Positions 1 through 6,433 of a stretch of 12,645 bases of DNA are shown one piece after another. Below the pieces are notes generated by a model. It saw only the letters and a list, made by a program, of their open reading frames with translations, did not search any database and had not been told where the DNA came from. The stretch comes from Candidatus Cloacimonadota bacterium. GTDB taxonomy: Bacteria; Cloacimonadota; Cloacimonadia; Cloacimonadales; Cloacimonadaceae. Position numbers and translations under genes: made by a program. Every line of letters starts with the position of its first letter. Within the stretch, counting starts at the first letter, position 1. The stretch is from positions 1-12,645 of the forward strand of contig JALNXT010000016.1 in NCBI GenBank assembly GCA_023230245.1, read 5' to 3'.

Positions 1-1
1 C

Positions 2-316
2 ACCCGGATCTACGGAGCAGACGATGTCGTCTACTCACCGGCAGCTGATGCGGCCATCAAAGATATCGAAGTTCTCGGAAGAAGCGGTCTTCCTATCTGC
101 ATGGCAAAGACCCAGTACTCGCTCTCCGATGATCCTAATAAACTCGGCAGACCGAAGAACTTTGTTATTAACGCAGCAACGGTTCGGCTTTGTAATGGTG
201 CTGGATTTATCGTTGTCGAGACTGGAGACATTATGACGCTCCCGGGACTGCCGGCAGTTCCTGCAGCTTGTTCGATTGACGTAAACAATGATGGATATAT
301 CTCCGGTCTTTTCTAA
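2..316 (+). CDS. fhs: formate--tetrahydrofolate ligase, C-terminal fragment (5' end lies outside the window)
   Basis: Frame-2 translation from position 2 is stop-free to the TAA at 314-316. It reads ...[102 protein letters not shown]. This is the conserved C-terminus of formyl-THF synthetase ([10 protein letters not shown](L/F)SDDP ... GAGF(I/L)V ... TG(D/E)IMTMPGLP ... IDV ... G(L/I)F). The track's 101..316 ORF is the M-initiated tail of the same frame. Confidence 0.85.
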   Translation, partial: TRIYGADDVVYSPAADAAIKDIEVLGRSGLPICMAKTQYSLSDDPNKLGRPKNFVINAATVRLCNGAGFIVVETGDIMTLPGLPAVPAACSIDVNNDGYISGLF

Positions 317-387
317 TCTTTTTTTAAAGATAAAATTTACCCGTACAGATCGCCGGCGTGATCTCGATAACTGCCGTCTGCGTGACG
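317..387 (+). terminator. oligo-T tract after fhs plus two short hairpins in the convergent intergenic region
   Basis: T7 run at 319-325 immediately after the fhs stop, in archaeal oligo-T terminator style. Hairpin AGATC-gccggcgt-GATCT at 338-355. Hairpin CCGTC-tgcgt-GACGG at 365-379 followed by ATTTTCC. The region lies between convergent genes (fhs on +, AAA ATPase on -). Confidence 0.4.
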
Positions 388-493
388 GCATTTTCCGGCA
401 TCGAAAGACAGGCAAGATTTGGCTAGTATTGTGCATGTGAGTTTCCATGTTCTGCTGCTTCCATGTAATGTTCAGCTACATGTAATGCCATCT

Positions 494-1681
494 TTACACT
501 TCACCACACTGATTGTTCCATTGTTCGTATCGCTCAAGCATAATTTTTGTCATCGGTGAACGTATCTTCAGAAAAGCCTCACGAAAATCATCATCTACAA
601 GAGGGGTCGTCTGCAAACTTCGGCTTTTAAGCTCTTCAAATGGAAGTTCAGCCATTTTGTAGAGATCCGGATTCACCTTGCGGATCATCGTCCAGATCGC
701 CTGCTGACAGAAGTTAGAAAGATCACGTCCCGAATAGAGCATCTCCACACATTTTTCTGAAATTCTGTCCAGAGAAACCTCTGAGATGTCCATACCCTTT
801 GTCTGGATCTTTATGATCTCTTTACACGCATTCTGATCCGGAAGAGGGACATAGATCCGCCGTGGGAATCGGGATAAAACTGCCGTATCAAGATCCCACG
901 GGGTATTTGTGGCTGCAAGAGTGAGGAGAAGCTGAGCGCTTTTCTTGTCGGAAAGCCCATCCAATTCTGTAAGGAGGCTGGAGAGGACTTTGCGCGTCGC
1001 CTCGTTTGTTTCCCCGTCTCTGGACTGACTGAGAGCATCGAACTCATCAATGAACACGATTGATGGAGAGTGATCTCTTGCTGAGTTGTAGAGACTGGAG
1101 ATGAGTTTTGAAGATTCACCGAAATATTTTGAGAGCACACTCTCCAATTTCACATCAAAGAACGTTGCATGCAGACTTCCTGCAGACGCTGCCGCAAGAA
1201 GAGTTTTACCGGTCCCGGGAGGTCCAAAGAGAAGAATGCCTTTCCAGGGTTTGATGGACTCGGGTTTTTGCAGACCGGCGATCACTACCGTTTCCATCAT
1301 CAGTTTTTTTACAGAATCAAGCCCGCCGATATCGGACCATTTGACATTGGAGGTCGTTATCAGAGAGGCAGCTTTCCGGCTGATTTTATTTTCCTCTTCT
1401 TTCTCGGTTTCATTATGAGAGGTCAGGGATGGTTTTTGTCTTGACCTCGTTTTTCCAGATGAAACTCTCTCCCATTTCTCAGCTCGTTCGAGATATTCTC
1501 TTTTGTTTGAAAGATTCATGTTTGCAAGTTCATGATAGAACTTCGCGATCTCTGCCGCTTTTTTTCTTGCTCCGGGAAGGTCATTTTTCTCAATCAGGGA
1601 TGAATATTCTACGGAGGCTTTTTTCAGGGCATCATACAGAGGGCCGCTTAAATCGATTTTCATCGGAGTTTCCTCCCGCAT
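494..1681 (-). CDS. Vps4/CdvC-like AAA+ ATPase with N-terminal MIT-like helical domain (meiotic clade); probable true start at ATG 1663
   Basis: Walker A ILLFGPPGTGKTLLA. Pore-loop LSKYFGESSKLISSLY (Vps4: VSKWMGESEKLVKQLF). Walker B IVFIDEFDAL. Second region of homology ATNTPWDLDTAVLSRFPRRIYVPLPD (Vps4: [26 protein letters not shown]). Vps4-specific C-terminal helix DFREAFLKIRSPMTKIMLERYEQWNNQCGE (Vps4: [32 protein letters not shown]). N-terminal 3-helix region LYDALKKASVEYSSLIEKNDLPGARKKAAEIAKFYHELANM is MIT-like. GGGAGG (1677-1672, minus strand) sits 8 nt upstream of the second ATG (1663). Confidence 0.9.
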   Translation of the reverse strand: MREETPMKIDLSGPLYDALKKASVEYSSLIEKNDLPGARKKAAEIAKFYHELANMNLSNKREYLERAEKWERVSSGKTRSRQKPSLTSHNETEKEEENKISRKAASLITTSNVKWSDIGGLDSVKKLMMETVVIAGLQKPESIKPWKGILLFGPPGTGKTLLAAASAGSLHATFFDVKLESVLSKYFGESSKLISSLYNSARDHSPSIVFIDEFDALSQSRDGETNEATRKVLSSLLTELDGLSDKKSAQLLLTLAATNTPWDLDTAVLSRFPRRIYVPLPDQNACKEIIKIQTKGMDISEVSLDRISEKCVEMLYSGRDLSNFCQQAIWTMIRKVNPDLYKMAELPFEELKSRSLQTTPLVDDDFREAFLKIRSPMTKIMLERYEQWNNQCGEV

Positions 1682-2517
1682 TTATTACAATAGTGTTGAT
1701 CTTCCTGAGTCGGTGCCCCACAAAAAGAGCATGTTTCCGTCTTACATATACGTGAAAGGATACCTGTTGGTTTTACATCCCCGGGATTTTGCTCTTCGGA
1801 TCTTTGGATGATTTGTTCGTTTGGAACAGTCCATCCAGTACCGGGCTCTCCCATTATTATCGGACGATTCTGTATTGCGTCATCCGTTGCCTGATTTCCT
1901 CCGTTATTTATCGGTCCTTTATTATCACCAAAAATAATCGGTGCATTGTTATCTCCTATAATAACTACACCCCGGTTGGGTGTTCCATTACTTGGATGGG
2001 CCATCTCTATTTTATGTGCCTTTGCGAAAAACAAATCAGCTTCGATCAGAGGGATCGCGTTTCTCCCATATTTGCTTCCGATCGCATTCTTCAGAGCTGT
2101 TTTTAAGGCTTCTTCGGCGAGTACATATTCATCCATCCGGATGAGTGTTCGCCCTTTCCAATGCCAGGCGACAACAGACTGTCTGGTGATCTGAATACTT
2201 TTATCATAATACGCAAGCGCCAGATCGTATTTTTTCAGATAGTGATACGCACGTCCCGCCCCATGATATGCCCATGCGTGATGTCGATCGATTTTTATTG
2301 CATTCTCAAAACAGTTGAGAGCATCAGAATATTTTCCTAAGTCAAGAAGGCATTCGCCTTTCCCGTGCAGAGCGACGTAGGGTCTTTGCTTTCGTACAAT
2401 TGCTTTATCGAAAGCATCGATCGCTTCTTCATATTTTCCCTGATGTTTGCATTTCCAGCCAAGTTGTTCGTAATTGATACCTGACGTGTGGGTCGTACGA
2501 CGATGGTGGGTACTCAT
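1660..2517 (-). CDS. TPR-repeat protein with a central Gly/Asn-rich 'IGDN' repeat segment and a C-terminal zinc ribbon
   Basis: 285 aa. The N-terminal approximately 170 aa contain at least 4 TPR-like 34-mers (W/Y-x-G-x-A ... Y-x-x-A-L-x-x-F/Y-x-K-A-I, e.g. AWAYHGAGRAYHYLKKYDLALAYYDKSIQI). The middle segment is GVVIIGDNNAPIIFGDNKGPINNGGNQ. The C-terminal ribbon is CKTETCSFCGAPTQEDQHYCNKCGRKLR (CxxC-x12-CxxC). The ATG at 2517-2515 overlaps the upstream TGA (TGATG). Its own TGA (1662-1660) overlaps the downstream ATG (ATGA). Confidence 0.8.
   Translation of the reverse strand: MSTHHRRTTHTSGINYEQLGWKCKHQGKYEEAIDAFDKAIVRKQRPYVALHGKGECLLDLGKYSDALNCFENAIKIDRHHAWAYHGAGRAYHYLKKYDLALAYYDKSIQITRQSVVAWHWKGRTLIRMDEYVLAEEALKTALKNAIGSKYGRNAIPLIEADLFFAKAHKIEMAHPSNGTPNRGVVIIGDNNAPIIFGDNKGPINNGGNQATDDAIQNRPIIMGEPGTGWTVPNEQIIQRSEEQNPGDVKPTGILSRICKTETCSFCGAPTQEDQHYCNKCGRKLR
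1672..1677 (-). promoter_or_regulatory. Shine-Dalgarno GGGAGG for the AAA ATPase (second ATG at 1663)
   Basis: Minus strand reads TAATAAATGCGGGAGGAAACTCCGATGA. GGAGG, an 8-nt spacer, then ATG. The same ATG overlaps the upstream TGA stop as ATGA. Confidence 0.5.
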
Positions 2518-3083
2518 CAGTCATCAGCTCCTAAGAAAACCTTCAACTCCTTGTCCATTCTGCCTTGCACAAACGTCACAACATCACCATATCCCCGAAG
2601 TGTGATCAGAAGTTTTGTTTCTCCATCATTATTTGTCAGAGAAACGTCTATCCCCACCTGTCCTTTCTTCGTGTATGCCGTATATGCTTTGATCCCCTGT
2701 TTTGTTCCTTCGAACGAAGCCCCGAGTTTATTCATTATATAATTGAGAAATTTATCGATCGCTGCTGCATCCATAGAGGATGAATATTTCAAATGCATGG
2801 TTTGCTCCGTGATCTCCGGAGAATAAGCATCTCCTGCAAAAACATGAACGGACCCATCTCCAACACTCAAACGGGAATAAAGGTCATCCAAAAACTCATC
2901 AATATCCCCATTATCGAAATGAATAATCGTTCCCTTTGGTTTATGTATATTGGCCTTATCCTTCCAGCGTTCAATAGCGTAGTCTATCCGTTTACGCTCC
3001 GCATCGGACTGATAATCTACCAAAATCAGATAGTCCATATTAAATAAGGGATATGTTTTCAGGCTATATATCTCTATCACCAT
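2517..3083 (-). CDS. hypothetical protein (188 aa); first gene of the minus-strand operon
   Basis: Clean ORF with ATG at 3083-3081 and codon usage like its neighbours. It ends TGA at 2519-2517, overlapping the TPR gene start by 1 nt. The N-terminal segment MDYLILVDYQSDAERKRIDYAIERWKDKANIHKPKGTIIHFDNGDIDEFLDDLYSRLSVGDGSVHVFAG has a beta-alpha-beta-beta-alpha-beta periodicity reminiscent of the Cas2/VapD-like ferredoxin fold. This is inference only; no confident family assignment is possible. Confidence 0.6.
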   Translation of the reverse strand: MVIEIYSLKTYPLFNMDYLILVDYQSDAERKRIDYAIERWKDKANIHKPKGTIIHFDNGDIDEFLDDLYSRLSVGDGSVHVFAGDAYSPEITEQTMHLKYSSSMDAAAIDKFLNYIMNKLGASFEGTKQGIKAYTAYTKKGQVGIDVSLTNNDGETKLLITLRGYGDVVTFVQGRMDKELKVFLGADD

Positions 3084-3176
3084 ATTGGATATTGTATTTT
3101 ATGGTTATTATATTTATTCTCCATTTTGGAGAAATATTTATATCGATGAAAAACCAATGAAATCCTTGTGAGAAAG
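3084..3176. promoter_or_regulatory. AT-rich divergent promoter region with TATA-like boxes for both operons
   Basis: 93-bp gene-free, approximately 80% A+T spacer between divergent starts (3083 minus, 3177 plus). TTATTATATTTATT at 3107-3120 lies about 27-30 nt from the minus ATG (a leaderless mRNA is plausible). ATATTTATATC at 3133-3143 lies about 38 nt before the plus ATG. Confidence 0.35.
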
Positions 3177-3779
3177 ATGGAACTGAAAAATCTGTTCAAA
3201 AAAAGTAATACGATCGACAAACTCAAGATCATCGAACTCCAGGAGGAGGAACTCAGACTCAAAAGCAGGATCAACCGTCTCAGAAAGGAGATCGATGTTA
3301 TTGAAAAAGACAAAAAATGCCTTTTTAATGAGGGTATAGGAGCTGATCTGATCAAGAAAAAGATGATCGCACAGGAGTTAAAACAGCTTGATATGAGCGG
3401 CAAACTCAAAATCAAGAACTTCCTGACCTTACACAAACAGTACATGTTTGTATCCAACCTCATCATCATCAAAAAGTATCAGCGGGATTTGCAGACCACA
3501 CAGGTCTGGAACAAAATCCAGAGCCTTTCTCCTGAGAACTTCGAGTCGTCCCTCATCAAAGTCAACTTGTCCGGAAAAGGTTTTGAGAATGTTCTCGACG
3601 ATCTCAACCGTATTTTTGCACTTGACATCACGGATTCTGATTCCGATGTTGACGAAGCAGAAAAGCAGATGTTTGACATCTGGAACAGTGTTGAAGCGGG
3701 AAATCTTGACGTGAGCGATGCAGAGAATCTTATCTCAATAGAGAAAGAAATTGAAAAGTCCCTGGAGAAAGGTGACTGA
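3177..3779 (+). CDS. coiled-coil protein, ESCRT-III (Snf7/CdvB) / PspA-superfamily-like; the track's 3168 start is a GTG, so the ATG at 3177 is preferred
   Basis: Approximately 200 aa, predicted all-helical, with a basic N-terminus (KKSNTIDKLKIIELQEEELRLKSRINRLRKEIDVIEKDKK) and an acidic C-terminus (DITDSDSDVDEAEKQMFDIWNSVEAGNLDVSDAENLISIEKEIEKSLEKGD). The core EGIGADLIKKKMIAQELKQLDMSGKLKIKNFLTLHKQ parallels the Snf7 helix-2/3 pattern (KKGNKDAAKILAKQLVRLRKQ...YASKAQLESVSMQL). The C-terminal amphipathic helix ENLISIEKEIEKSL resembles a MIM1 motif. Genomic linkage to a Vps4-like ATPase supports the call. Confidence 0.6.
   Translation: MELKNLFKKSNTIDKLKIIELQEEELRLKSRINRLRKEIDVIEKDKKCLFNEGIGADLIKKKMIAQELKQLDMSGKLKIKNFLTLHKQYMFVSNLIIIKKYQRDLQTTQVWNKIQSLSPENFESSLIKVNLSGKGFENVLDDLNRIFALDITDSDSDVDEAEKQMFDIWNSVEAGNLDVSDAENLISIEKEIEKSLEKGD
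3771..3775 (+). promoter_or_regulatory. Shine-Dalgarno GGTGA for the small membrane protein gene
   Basis: GGTGA-ctgaa-ATG(3781). The SD sits inside the last codons of the upstream gene (stop TGA 3777-3779). The same GGTGA-type SD precedes the ATGs at 4178 and 8593. Confidence 0.5.
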
Positions 3780-3780
3780 A

Positions 3781-4170
3781 ATGTTTGAGATGACTGATGT
3801 TTCAATAGATTGGATACTTTCATTAATATTATTTCTCATCATTATTTTTGGAATCATCGCCATATGTGCTGTATTCAAGGAAAAAAACAAAAAACGTGAG
3901 ACTGAGAAAAGAAACCTACTTTCGGCAATGTTTGCGGCGACGTTCACCATGGAAGAAGATGAAACCGAAGAGGAATATTCCAAGAGAATTCACACAGAAG
4001 TCGACATTTACCTCAGGGAACAGGAAGACAAAATCTGGAACGAGGCAAAAGAGGAATATAGAAACCTGTTCGGGAAGAAAAAAACGTGCGATTCATGCAG
4101 TGATGAAACTGAGGCTAAAATCCCCTGCGTAACTTGCGTGAACGCTTGCGAGGAGAGGATTACAACATAG
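3781..4170 (+). CDS. small membrane protein with N-terminal TM helix and C-terminal Cys4-type zinc ribbon (YdjG/YdjH-like accessory?)
   Basis: The track's ORF starts at TTG 3751 and overlaps the upstream gene. The ATG at 3781 (MFEMTDVSIDW) has an SD and begins 1 nt after the upstream stop. TM helix ILSLILFLIIIFGIIAICAVF is followed by a charged stretch KEKNKKRETEKR (N-out/C-in). The acidic middle is EEDETEEEY. The C-terminus is CDSCSDETEAKIPCVTCVNAC (CxxC-x9-CxxCxxxC). Confidence 0.7.
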   Translation: MFEMTDVSIDWILSLILFLIIIFGIIAICAVFKEKNKKRETEKRNLLSAMFAATFTMEEDETEEEYSKRIHTEVDIYLREQEDKIWNEAKEEYRNLFGKKKTCDSCSDETEAKIPCVTCVNACEERITT

Positions 4171-4177
4171 GTGAACA

Positions 4178-4723
4178 ATGTCAATCATAAATAGCAAAAA
4201 AAGCCTTGAAAAAATAAGTTTAGGGGATTTGCGCATGGCAGAGGCAGAGCTCATTTTTTCTGTTTCAACTATTCATGAAAAAATAATGGAAATTGACAAA
4301 AAGATCGATGCAGAATTGATGACCTGCACAAAAGTTCTCTCTGAGTTTGAAACGGTTTCGGCAGCGAAAAAGATTTCAAGTCTGATATGTGAGAGAAAAG
4401 AACTCATTAAAAGGCTTCAAATTGCAGAAAAGAAGAAATTAGCGGTTGCGCGCCTTATTTGGATCAAGGATAATATAACTATTATTTCAGCACGAAAATC
4501 AGATATTTTCAGAAATCTTGACCTTGATGAAATAACTGCAAAACGTGATGAGATCGAAATTAAAACCGAAATTGAAGAGATGAAGCTTGATAAAATTCTT
4601 GATGAATCTGGGGCTTCATCAGGTGAATACAAAAAGATTCTTGAAATTGTAAAATCGGTAATTCTAGACGATGAAAGCGTGAAAATAGCCAAAGTTGAGA
4701 TAGAATGTCTGAGTTTGAAGTAA
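4178..4723 (+). CDS. coiled-coil protein (181 aa), possible second ESCRT-III/PspA-like paralog
   Basis: AGGTGA at 4169-4174 lies 3 nt before the ATG. The sequence is highly helical and charged with heptad periodicity (LSEFETVSAAKKISSLICERKELIKRLQIAEKKKLAVARL...EIEIKTEIEEMKLDKILDES) and has an acidic C-terminal tail. There is no enzyme motif. Similarity to ESCRT-III is weaker than for 3177-3779. Confidence 0.7.
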   Translation: MSIINSKKSLEKISLGDLRMAEAELIFSVSTIHEKIMEIDKKIDAELMTCTKVLSEFETVSAAKKISSLICERKELIKRLQIAEKKKLAVARLIWIKDNITIISARKSDIFRNLDLDEITAKRDEIEIKTEIEEMKLDKILDESGASSGEYKKILEIVKSVILDDESVKIAKVEIECLSLK

Positions 4724-4775
4724 GGATTAAATGCATTAAAGAGAAAGTAACTGATTAGTGTGATGGAATTTTATC

Positions 4776-6407
4776 ATGTTTAACAGGAAAATAAAATGTA
4801 ATTTTTGCGGTGCTGAAAATCCTGCGGGGGGCCATTTCTGTATCATATGCGGAAAATCAATCGAGGGAAAATCAAACAGCACATGTCCCATATGTGGAGC
4901 TGCTATTGTTGCAGGGGCGTCATTTTGTGGTAAATGTGGTGCAAAACTCTTGGACTCGCCGCAAACAACCCGAACTGCCGACACCTCCAAAGAGCTTGGT
5001 AAAAATCGTCAGTGGATGAGAATGCCGGGAGATCTTGCCCAGAGATTTGAACTCTCGGATATCAAAGGATTTTTTGCAAAACAGGTAACCGTTGAACAGG
5101 GAACAAAAGCCATTCTTCTTCAAGGAGGGATTTACAAAGGAACACTTCCTGCAGGCGTATACAATCTTGGAAACATCTTTGATACCATCGGTCAGTTGAG
5201 ACTTGATGAGCGAACAACGGTTATTCTTGTTGATGCCGGAGAGATTCCTCTTACCTTCATGATTCCAAAAGGTGAGTTACGTTCAAAGAATGCCATATCT
5301 GTCGAAGCTGCAGGTATATTGACGGCGCAGATCAAAGATCCGGTCGCTTTTCTTGAAAACTATCTGAAACGTGAACAGCACGTGAGTCTTATGGACATTG
5401 AGAACTGCATTCATGCAGAACTCAAAAATATTGCCCAGAATAAAATATCCCAATATAATATAGAAGAACTGTACGGAAATGCAGTTCTCAGTCAGGAATT
5501 GAGTAATGAATTCAAGAAAAATCTGAATGCAAACTTTGGTAATAAGGGTATAGAGATTTCTCATCTGAACTGTGTGGGCTTTGATGAAGGAGCCTGGAAA
5601 GAGGTTCTTGGAGCACGCGAAAGTATGCAGATCGAAGTGGGCAAAGCCAAAGCAGAGTATGAAAAGAAAGCTTACTTGCGTGAAGCAGGAACGAAAGATG
5701 CTGTTGGTCAGATTAATGCGGACCATACCATACAATCACTTCATGAGGGGCTTGAAAATCAAAGAATCAATACTGCCTTAAATCACGACCTTGCCCGTGA
5801 TTCTGCAAAACATGACCATGAACTGGAAAAAGACAGCAAGGAGATCAAGCAGCATCTGGAATTCAAAAGACAGAACAAGGCGATCAAACGGGAGGATGAG
5901 AGACAAAAGATCGCAAATCTCTCAGAAGCACCGATCGAAGTTCTCATTTCTCTGGTCGATGATCAGACGGTCGGCGCCCTTGTTCAACTTGAACTTGCTA
6001 AGAGAGCAAACAGCCTGACGCCGGAACAAATCCTTGCGATGAATGCAAAAGACCCGAAGGCAGCTGCCGAGGCATTGGCCGCTCGTGCCAAACTCGAATC
6101 TGTTGAGCAATTGAACGAACTTAGAATCAAGGATCAACAGACCTTCAACGTAACGATGCAGAGTCAATACAAGGAGAATGCCGAGCAGATGAAGGAGGTA
6201 ATGAATTCCGCACTGAATGCTATGGGAAATACGGCGACCGCCCGCTCTACTGCGCAAAATCCAGGGACCACCGTCGTTTCAGGAGGAATGGGGATGCCAG
6301 TTGTCATGAGTAATAATCCTCAATCGAAGAATATATGTCCACATTGTGGTGAAGTCGTGTCGCAAGAGGATTGGTTCTGTCCAAGTTGTAGGAAAAAGTT
6401 GTATTAA
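4776..6407 (+). CDS. double zinc ribbon - SPFH/Band-7 (flotillin/YqiK- or Band_7_1-like) - long coiled coil - C-terminal zinc ribbon protein
   Basis: N-terminus: CNFCGAENPAGGHFCIICG + CPICGAAIVAGASFCGKCG (two CxxC-x9/10-CxxC ribbons). Residues approximately 95-270: FFAKQVTVEQGTKAILLQGGIYKGTLPAGVYNL...TTVILVDAGEIPLTF...ISVEAAGILTAQIKDPVAFLENYL...ELYGNAVLSQELSNEFKKNL...GIEISHLNCVGFD. This matches the SPFH pattern (beta-rich N-part, xDPxxF, GIEIxxVxI at the end). Residues 270-480: Ala/Glu/Lys-rich coiled coil (flotillin-like EA-rich). C-terminus: CPHCGEVVSQEDWFCPSC. Confidence 0.85.
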   Translation: MFNRKIKCNFCGAENPAGGHFCIICGKSIEGKSNSTCPICGAAIVAGASFCGKCGAKLLDSPQTTRTADTSKELGKNRQWMRMPGDLAQRFELSDIKGFFAKQVTVEQGTKAILLQGGIYKGTLPAGVYNLGNIFDTIGQLRLDERTTVILVDAGEIPLTFMIPKGELRSKNAISVEAAGILTAQIKDPVAFLENYLKREQHVSLMDIENCIHAELKNIAQNKISQYNIEELYGNAVLSQELSNEFKKNLNANFGNKGIEISHLNCVGFDEGAWKEVLGARESMQIEVGKAKAEYEKKAYLREAGTKDAVGQINADHTIQSLHEGLENQRINTALNHDLARDSAKHDHELEKDSKEIKQHLEFKRQNKAIKREDERQKIANLSEAPIEVLISLVDDQTVGALVQLELAKRANSLTPEQILAMNAKDPKAAAEALAARAKLESVEQLNELRIKDQQTFNVTMQSQYKENAEQMKEVMNSALNAMGNTATARSTAQNPGTTVVSGGMGMPVVMSNNPQSKNICPHCGEVVSQEDWFCPSCRKKLY

Positions 6408-6433
6408 ATAATTGATTATGATGGAATGAAAAG

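Noticed and set aside
24-448. ORFs 24..236 (+), 31..288 (-), 35..448 (-) overlapping the fhs 3' end
   Set aside because: They lie in alternative frames or on the antisense strand of a gene with unmistakable Fhs homology. They are Arg/Ser-rich translations typical of off-frame reading of GC-richer DNA.
811-1755. ORFs 811..1140 (-), 1101..1418 (+), 1169..1444 (+), 1429..1755 (+) inside or antisense to the AAA ATPase gene
   Set aside because: They fall entirely within a 395-aa ORF carrying complete Walker A/B, pore loop, SRH and Vps4 C-helix. The overlapping frames have no motifs and low-complexity composition.
1789-2194. Plus-strand ORFs 1789..2106 and 1946..2194 antisense to the TPR gene
   Set aside because: The opposite strand encodes well-formed TPR repeats and a zinc ribbon. 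These short ORFs lack start-site signals.
3168-3176. Upstream GTG (3168) as start of the ESCRT-III-like gene, TTG (3751) for the small TM gene, and GTG (12372) for the GT2 gene
   Set aside because: The ORF track extends to non-ATG starts. In each case an in-frame ATG lies 3-10 codons downstream with a better position relative to the SD or stop (3177, 3781, 12360). The TTG 3751 start would overlap the upstream gene by 29 nt.
2488-3823. ORFs 2488..2742 (+), 2565..2783 (+), 2793..3047 (+), 3077..3472 (-), 3448..3714 (+), 3479..3823 (-)
   Set aside because: They are antisense or off-frame to longer ORFs with coherent domain structure. 3077..3472 (-) runs through the AT-rich promoter and is Leu/Ser/Phe low-complexity.
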